Origin: the human T2T-CHM13v2.0 reference genome, Homo sapiens
Assembly (NCBI RefSeq): GCF_009914755.1
Contig: NC_060941.1
Direction: 5' to 3' (one strand)
Length of the DNA: 64,000 nucleotides
Below the pieces are notes generated by a model, which was not told where the DNA came from, did no database searches, and saw only the letters and a list, made by a program, of their open reading frames with translations. Every line of letters begins with the position of its first letter. Positions within the stretch are counted from its first letter, which is position 1. Below are positions 45,331-64,000 of the stretch, piece after piece. Made by a program: the position numbers and the translations under genes.

Positions 45331-45569
45331 AAGTGGGAGTGGCCTAGGACTTCCTTGGGAAGAAATTCCTCCCATGTCTCTCTGATGAACTGGGAGGAAG
45401 CAGGGCCAGTGAGTCCTTGGCTAGACTGAGTTCTCAGAATCTAGTGGCCTTGGGCTCCTTCCAGCTAAAGATGGGCTGACCAAGACTGAGCTGTGGAGTG
45501 TGCAGGAAGTCCCAGAGCCCTGTGGTAGGGGGTGGGGAACGGGATGGCTGCATCCACTTGTTCCTGGGG

Positions 45570-46238
<669 letters not shown>

Positions 46239-47608
46239 GCTCCTGTTTTTAAGAGATGTGCCTTTACCCTGATCCCCCTCTTGTGGAACCCCAGGACCCC
46301 AGACATCTGTCTGATGAGTCTGTGCCCCGGTCCAGGAAATGCCCCTCATCTTGAGGTCCTAGAACCAGTGTGGGAGAGGGTGGCCTTGGCATGCTTGGCC
46401 TGGGGAGTCCCAAGCTTTGTAGAGATAGGGGACAAGTCTATCACCACCTTCACTGGATGGGACTATACTTCTTTCTGCCCCAGGAACCTTGGGTAGAGGG
46501 GGCATTGGACCTCAAAGCCAGCTGGCAGCCTCAGCATTTCAGATCAAAGTGGCCTGCCTCTTCAACGTCTCAGCCTACCCAAGGCATGTCCTAGGTGTAG
46601 GCTGCTCTCTGGTGGCCAGATAGGGAAGGACTCATTCATCCTTTGGCAAGGTGGGCTGCGATCTGAGCTGGGCTGTGTGATAGGCAGGCAACTGGATTAG
46701 ACGGGCAGAGACAAAGCAATCCTGGGGTATTCTGGAGCACATAAGCAGAGGGGTAGGCTAGCCAGGAGCAAAAGATGAGATGGGCTGGAGAGCACACAGA
46801 GAGCCCAGCCAACTTGCTTCACACACACTACTGGAAAAGTAATGAGTTGTGTCACAACTCAGGCTGGGCGCAGTGGCTCATGCCTGTAATACTAGCACTT
46901 TGGGAGGCCAAGGCGGGTGGATCACCTGAGGTCAGGAGTTCAAGACCAGCCTGGCGAAACCCCGTCTCTACTAAAAATACAAAAATTAGCCAGGCAAAAC
47001 CCCGTCTCTACTAAAAATACAAAAATTAGCCAGCCAATGCATGACAGTAGTCCCAGCTAGTCTGGAGGCTGAGACAGGAGATGGCACCACTGCACTCCAG
47101 CCATGGGGGACAGAGCCAGACTCCATCTCAAAAAAAAAAAAAAAAAGGCGATCAAACAGTACTAAAGGCCCTATTATCAAATAAATAAATAAATAAATAA
47201 ATAAAGGCTTTCACTCACAGTGTGACTCTCCCCCTCCCTCCCACAACCACTGTTTACAGAGCCTTAAAAAAAAAGCAAACAAACAGATGATAATGTGTTA
47301 TCTTGCTCTGTCACTCTGTGGCCTGGCCTGCAGTGCTGTGGTGCCATCTGGACTCACTGCAGCCTCGACCTCCCAGGCTCAAGCGATCCTCCCCTCTCAA
47401 CCTCCCTAGTAGCCGAGACCACAGGTGCATGCCACCATGCCGGGCTAATCTTTGTATTTTTTGTAGAGAAGGGGTTTTGCCATGTTGCCTAGGCTGGTCT
47501 CGGACTCCTAGATTCAAGTGATCCGCCTGCCTCAACCTCCTAGGATCAGGGGCCACCGCAACGGGCTAGACTTTTTTTTTTTTTTAAGTCAGGGTCTTGC
47601 TTTGTTGC

Positions 47609-48119
47609 TGCCGAGACCAGCTGGGTCAGAGAGACCCTAACCCAGCGGCGCTAGAGGAATTAAAGACACACATACAGAAATATAGAGGTGTGAAGTGGGA
47701 AATCAGGGGTCTCACAGCCTTCAGAGCTGAGATCCCTGAACAGAGATTTACCCACATATTTATTAACAGCAAGCCAGTCATTAGCATTGTTTCTATAGAT
47801 ATTAAATTAACTAAAAGTATCCTTTGTGGGAAACGAAGAGATGGGCAATTAAAGGAATAGGTTGGGCTAGTTAACTGCAGCAGGAGCATGTCCTTAAGGC
47901 ACAGATCGTTCATGCTATTGTTTATGGCTTAAGAATGCCTTTAAGCAGTTTTCCACCCTGGGCAGGCCACGTGTTCCTTGCCCTCATTCTGGTAAACTGA
48001 CAGCCTTCCAGCGTGGGCGTTATGTTCATCATGAACATGTCACAGTGCTGCAGAGATTTTGTTTATGGCCAGTTTTGGGGCCGGTTTATGGCCAGATTTT
48101 GCGGGGCTTGTTCCCAACA
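47609..48119 (-). mobile_element. MER9 solo LTR (HERV-K HML-3 type), 511 bp, TSD GTTGC
   Basis: Minus strand begins tgttgggaacaagccccgcaaaatctggccataaac; TG...CA ends; GTTGC at 47604-47608 and 48120-48124; empty site in copy B at ~50476. Confidence 0.88.
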
Positions 48120-48725
48120 GTTGCCTGGCTTGGAGTGCAGTGGTGTGATCATGGCTCACTGCAGCCTCAAACCCCTGGGCTCAAGCCATCCTCCCACCTC
48201 AGCCTACTGAGGAGCTAGCTGGGACCACAAACACAGGCCTCTGTGCCCAGATGATTTTTGTAGAGACAGGGTTTTTCCATGTTACCCAGGCTGGTCTCAA
48301 ACTCCTGGACTCAAGTGTTCCACCTGCCTCAGCCTCCCTAAGTGCTGTGACTACAGGTGTGAGCCACCACATCTAGCACACCTAGTGCAGTCCTTCTAGA
48401 GACTGGGCCACTCCCAGCCCCGGAGCAACCTTACTTAAGCCCTCCCCGATCAGATAGGCAGCCTGACAAGTTGCATTTCCTGGGGAAGAGCAGCAAGAAC
48501 CCTGCTCTGGGAGTCAGGAGTTCCCGATTCTAGCCCAGAGCTGCTTTCCTTACTAGTTATTGATCTTGCCCAACTAACTTCCTGTCTCTGGCTCTGTTTC
48601 CCAATCTGTAAAATTGTTACTGGAAAGGGGTCCCAATCTAGACCCAAAGAAAGGTGAGGAGAGCAAAAATCACCCCCCCCAAGACAAAAAGTTCTTATCT
48701 GAGCAATTTAGATAAGGAGCAATCC

Positions 48726-49174
<449 letters not shown>

Positions 49175-49489
49175 TCACTTGAGGTCAACAGTTAGAGACC
49201 AGCCTGGCCAACATGATGAAACACCCTCCCTGCAAAAATTAGCCGGGCATGATGGTGCATGCCTGTAATCCCAGCTACTCAGGAGACTAAGACAGGAGAA
49301 TTGGTTGAACCAGCAGGCAGAGGTTGCAGTGAGCTGAGATCAGGCCACTGCACTCCAGCTTGGGCGACAGAGGGAGACTCTGTCTCAAAAGAAAAAACAA
49401 ACAAAAAAAACTTCCCTAGTATTTAAAGTCGGCATCTGATTCCAAGCCTCTTTCAACTTTTATAAGTAACTAAAATGTCTATACATTCT

Positions 49490-49718
49490 TTTTAAAAAAA
49501 AAAAAAATACAACAAACACTTATTTCTCACACTTCTGGAGGCTAGGAAGTCCAAGATCAAGGTGCTTATAGATTCAGTGTCTGGTGGGGGCTCACTTCCT
49601 GCTTTATGAGCTATGCCTTCTCACTGTGGTTTCACATGGTAGAAAGGGGTAGGGCTTTCTCTCTGGCCTCCCTTACAAAGGCACCAACCCCATTCCTGAG
49701 GGCTCTGCCCTCACAACG
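49490..49718 (-). mobile_element. MLT1 (MaLR) LTR fragment flanked by 17/19-bp direct repeats
   Basis: ttatttctcacacttctggaggctaggaagtccaagatcaaggtg is typical of reverse-strand MLT1. Confidence 0.75.
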
Positions 49719-51206
49719 TAAAATTTCTGTACATTCTATGCCATGCTGAAGCTCATTTTACAACCCTAAGCTCTCACCTTAAGGTCCATACATGCTCCTA
49801 AGGAAAATCCACCACAGCGCACTCAGTCCTCCCGTGGAGGCACCTGCTGCACTCTGCTGCAGTGTTCTTCCTTTCTAATAAACTTTCCTTTTCCAAACCT
49901 ATACTGTTGTCAGTAAGTTCTTTCTTTTTTGAGACCCCTCCCCCCACCCCAAGACATGCCAGTAGTCCCAGCTAGTTGGGATGCTGAGACAGGAGATGGC
50001 ACCACTGCACTCCAGCCTGGGCAACAGAGCGAGACTCATCTCAAAAAAAAAAAAAAAAAGGATCAAACAGTACTAAAGACCCTATTATAAAAGTCTTTCA
50101 CTCACAGTGTCCCTGAATCTCCCCCTCCCTCCCACAACCACTGTTTACAGAGCCTTAAATAAACAGATGATAATGTGTTACCTTGCTCAGTCCCTGGCCT
50201 GGAGTGCTGTGGTGCCATCTGGACTCACTGCAGCCTTGACCTCCCAGACTCAAGCGAGCCTACCCTCTCAACCTCCTCAGTAGCTGGGACCACAGGCACA
50301 TGCCATCATGCTGGGCTAATCTTTGTATTTTTTGTAGAGAAGGAGGGGTTTTGCCTTGTTGCCCAGGCTGGTCTTGGACTCCTAGATTCAAGTGATCTGC
50401 CTGCCTCAACCTCTTAGGATCAGGGGCCACTGCAATGGGCTAGACATTTTTTTTTTTGAGTCAGGGTCTTACTCTGTTGCCTGGCCTGGAGTGCAGTGGT
50501 GTGGTCATGGCTCACTGCAGCCTCAAACCCCTGGGTTCAAGCCGTCCTCCTGTCTCAGCCTCCTGAGGAGCTAGCTGGGACCACAAACACAGGCCACTGT
50601 GCCCAGATGATTTTTGTAGAGACAGGGTTTCTCCATGTTACCCAGGCTGGTCTCGAACTCCTGGACTTAAGCGCTCCACCTGCCTCGGCCTCCCTAAGTG
50701 CTGTGACTACGGGTGTGAGCCACCACATCTAGCACACCTAGTGCAGTCCTTCTGGAGAGTGGGCCACTCCCAGCCCCGGAGCAGCCTTACTCAAGCCCTC
50801 CCTGATCAGATAGGCAGCCTGACAAGTTGCACTGCCTGGGGAAGAGCAGCAAGAACCCTGCTCTGGAAGTTAAGAGTTCCCGGTTCTAGCCCAGAGCTGC
50901 TTTCCTTACTAGTTATTGATCTTGCCGAAGTCATTTCCTGTCTCTGGCTCTGTTTCCCAATCTGTAAAATTGTTACTGGAAAGGGGTCCCAATCTAGACC
51001 CTAAGAAAGGTGAGAGAGCGAACGGGCCCCGGAGACAAAAAGTTCTTATCTGAGCAATTTAGATAAGGAGCAATCTAAGGAGCAAAGACCACATGTTGAC
51101 CATCAAACAGGCCATCTGGAGGCAAAACTTGTCTGGAGAATTTAGAAGTAATCCCAGCACTTTGGAAGGCTGAGGTAGATGGATCACTTAAGGTCAAGAG
51201 TTCGAG

Positions 51207-53410
<2,204 letters not shown>

Positions 53411-53627
53411 GAGTTCGAGACCAGCCTGGACAACATGGTGAAATCCCATCCCTACAAAGGTTAACTGGGCTTGGTGGCACGTGCCTGTAATCCCAGCTAC
53501 TCAGGAGACTAAGACAGGAGAATGGCTTGAACCTGGGTGGCTGAGGTTCCCGTGAGCTGAGATTAAAAAAAAAAATCATACTTCCCTAGTATCTAAAGTT
53601 GATATCTGATTCCAGGCCTCTTTCAAC

Positions 53628-54252
<625 letters not shown>

Positions 54253-55199
54253 AAGGTTGGCTATTTTTATGGTTATTTCTTGATTATATGATAAACAAGG
54301 GGTGGGTTAGTAATGAATTTTTCAGAAAAGGGGTGGGGATCCCCCCCAACTGAAGGTTCCTCCACTGTTTAGACCATATAGGGTAACTTCTGGACGTTGC
54401 CATGGCATTTGTAAACTGCCTGGCGCTGCTAGGAGTGTCTTTAGCATACTAATGCATTATAATTAGCGTATAATGAGCAGTGAGGACGATCAGAGGTCAC
54501 CTTCCTGTCTTGGTTTTGGCAGGTTTTGACCAGTTTCTTTGCTGCATTCTGTTTTATCAGCGGGGTCTTGTGACCTTTTATCTTGTGCTGACCTCCTGTC
54601 TCATCCTGTGACGAAGGCCTAACCTCCTGGGAATTCAGCCCAGCAGGTCTCTGCCTCATTTTACCCAGCCCCTGTTCAAGATGGAGTCGCTCTGGTTGGA
54701 AACTTCTGACAAAATGACAGCTCCTGTTATGTTGCTGCTGCTGCCGCCAATGGACAGCCTTTAACGTGCCCGCCAGCCCTGCTCCACCGCCGGCCTGGGC
54801 TCACATGGCCCCATCCCTCCTCGAACCTCCTAGCCTGTTAGTTACTCAAATCTGCAAGCTCTCTGCCTTCTCAGGGCCTTCAATAAATGCATTTCTTCTG
54901 TCTGGAAGGCTCTTCCTTTCCCTCTTCTAGCCAATTCCTATTCATCCCTGAGTTTCAGATTAAAAGTCACTTCCTTTGGAAACCTTACTTCGCTACTTCG
55001 CTACTTACTGCACTACTTCGCAGCATCACAACTATGATGGAAATCCTTACTTACGTTAAATATCTGGTTTCTAGGTCACCTCCCTGACGGGGACGGTAGG
55101 GACCGTCTTCTCGTTCATCAGTAGGGAAGTAGCTATGGCAGTGCCTGATACAAAATAAACTCCAAATGTGTATTTATTAGATGGTTGGATGGAAGTTAT

Positions 55200-56149
<950 letters not shown>

Positions 56150-56375
56150 TGAACCTGCGGACTGAGGAAGGACGCCTCCATCCCCCACCCTACAGGCCTG
56201 TGTTCCAGCGCCTGCCACACTATGGAGTGATGTGTTCACACAGCTGTCCTCCCCTGCCCATCTGTTAGACTGTGGGGGCAGGGATTCCCCGTTCCAGGAA
56301 CACACCGTGCAGAGGAGGGGCTCTGGCAGTGTGGCATGAAAGTGGAATATGCCACCCAAATACCCGCCAGGCTAG

Positions 56376-56930
<555 letters not shown>

Positions 56931-57492
56931 TAGGCGGGCGGATCAGGAGTTCAGGAGATCGAGACCATCCTGGCCAACATTGTGAAACCCCGTCTCTACT
57001 AAAATACAAAGAAATAGCAACCTGGGCAACAGAGCGAGACTCTGTCTAAAAAAAAAAAAAAAAAAAACTGAGGCTTCCAGTTTGAGGAGTGGGGCTCCTT
57101 CCCCCATCTCCCCTATGCAGCCAATCACCTGGTCCCTTGGATCCAACTCATGGGCAGCTCTAGATCTGCCTCCCTGGAAGCTTCTGTGCTGCAATGGCTG
57201 CTCCAGGCTCTGCTTAAGCTCTTCACACAGTTGCCCTGCCCTTCCATCTGGCACTCTTGCTCCATGAAGCCTTCTAAGGCCTTCCTCTTGGGGGAAAGCC
57301 CCTTTGTGCCCCATCTCCTCACCCATGCGACAAAGGCAACACAGTGAACTCACCTACTCACAGGTCTCTTTCCTCTGGGCTGTGGGCTCCTTGATGGCAG
57401 CGTTCGGATTTTGTCTCAGTAGCCCTAGCACCCAGCACAAAGAAGCAATGAGTGAATGGTTGTTGAATGAATGAATGAATGAATGAAGATGA

Positions 57493-57943
<451 letters not shown>

Positions 57944-58027
57944 TGAGGTTCCGCTCACCCCCTCCACTTAGCTCAGAGAGGGAATTTTATTCCCTTCTAG
58001 AACATGACTTAAAAACTTAAGCTCTGG

Positions 58028-60497
<2,470 letters not shown>

Positions 60498-60979
60498 TAA
60501 CACACAGTACTTTATAGTTTACCAAGCACGTGTACACATGCGTTGTCTCAGTGAATCCCACTGTGGTTGAGAGGTGAGCTCTGGAAGCCAACAACCTGGG
60601 TCACACCTCGCGCTCCTATTTCCTGGCCGTGTGACTTATGACTCATGACCTCCTTCCCAGTGTCTCGTTTGCTTTTCCTGTAAACTGGGACTACCTCATA
60701 GGTAGAATAACGCCTGGCCCAGAGCAAAGGCCACTAAGAGCTAGCTATGAACAAGGATTTTGTTTCATCTCTGCGTGGTTGCTGAAGTAGGCACTGCAGG
60801 CAGGAGGTGAGTGGATGTGCCTAAAGGCACTAAGTGCGCATCCTGCTACAAAACTGTGAAGCCAGGGCTCCTTCCTGCCACTTAAAGGAGGAGTGGAGCA
60901 GAGGGCGCCCAAGTCAGGAATGACTTAGTGGAGAGGCGTCTGTGTTGGCCAGGAAGGGAACAGATCAGCTCAGCCTTTC

Positions 60980-62030
<1,051 letters not shown>

Positions 62031-62141
62031 AAGCTGCTGAACCCTGTCCTGGAGTTTTCAGAGGGACGCGTATGTGCCACAGAGCGTCCCGCTGGTGGGG
62101 GTCATGGGAAGCCATGACCTGGGATAGACAGTCGTCTGTAG

Positions 62142-63425
<1,284 letters not shown>

Positions 63426-63607
63426 TAGATTCGCCACCACTGGGCCTTGTTTTCCGCTAATTCCAGGGCAGATTCCAGGGCCCAGAGCTGGACAGACATC
63501 ACAGGATAACCCAGGCCTGGGAGGAGGCCCCACGGCCTGCTGGTGGGGTCTGACCTGGGGGGATTGGAGGGAAATGACCTGCCCTCCACCACCACCCAAA
63601 GTGTGGG

Positions 63608-63613
63608 ATTAAA
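63608..63613 (+). terminator. NAGLU polyadenylation signal (ATTAAA variant)
   Basis: Only PAS-like hexamer seen after the stop, ~180 nt downstream. Confidence 0.75.
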
Positions 63614-63756
63614 GTACTGTTTTCTTTCCACTTAAACTGATGAGTCCCCTGGGTCTGTCAAAATGAGAAGGTCACTGCTGCCACGCTTGGGAGGACTCAG
63701 GGCTATAGCATGGCCCTGGGGTGGGACCTGTTCTCCCATCCCTTGCCTCACGTCCC

Positions 63757-64000
<244 letters not shown>

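Overview
Human (primate) genomic DNA, recognisable as the 17q21.2 interval. It contains: (1) the 3' part of ATP6V0A1 (V-ATPase a1 subunit; + strand), as 14 phase-compatible coding exons from 2230 to the stop at 40307, with AATAAA at 41741. This part includes an 18-nt microexon (PSEDEV), a further in-frame 75-nt cassette-exon candidate and two intronic miRNA hairpins (MADE1-derived MIR548AT and the tailed mirtron MIR5010). (2) An intergenic segment with an old L1, a ~2.4 kb tandem duplication whose two copies took different later insertions, and a nested stack MIR > MER41 LTR > second LTR > Alu > processed PTP4A2 pseudogene > Alus. (3) The complete six-exon NAGLU gene (743 aa; + strand, 55460-63425) with a CpG-island promoter. 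The window is very Alu-rich, and most ORFs in the supplied track are Alu or antisense artefacts. The best leads are the 75-nt exon, the retrocopy that keeps an open uORF and CpG-rich 5' end while its main CDS is dead, the inverted-Alu-flanked exon pair (circRNA architecture) and the duplication/insertion stratigraphy. No wholly new gene system can be supported from the sequence alone. Gene, miRNA and repeat names come from recall of known sequences, not from a database search.
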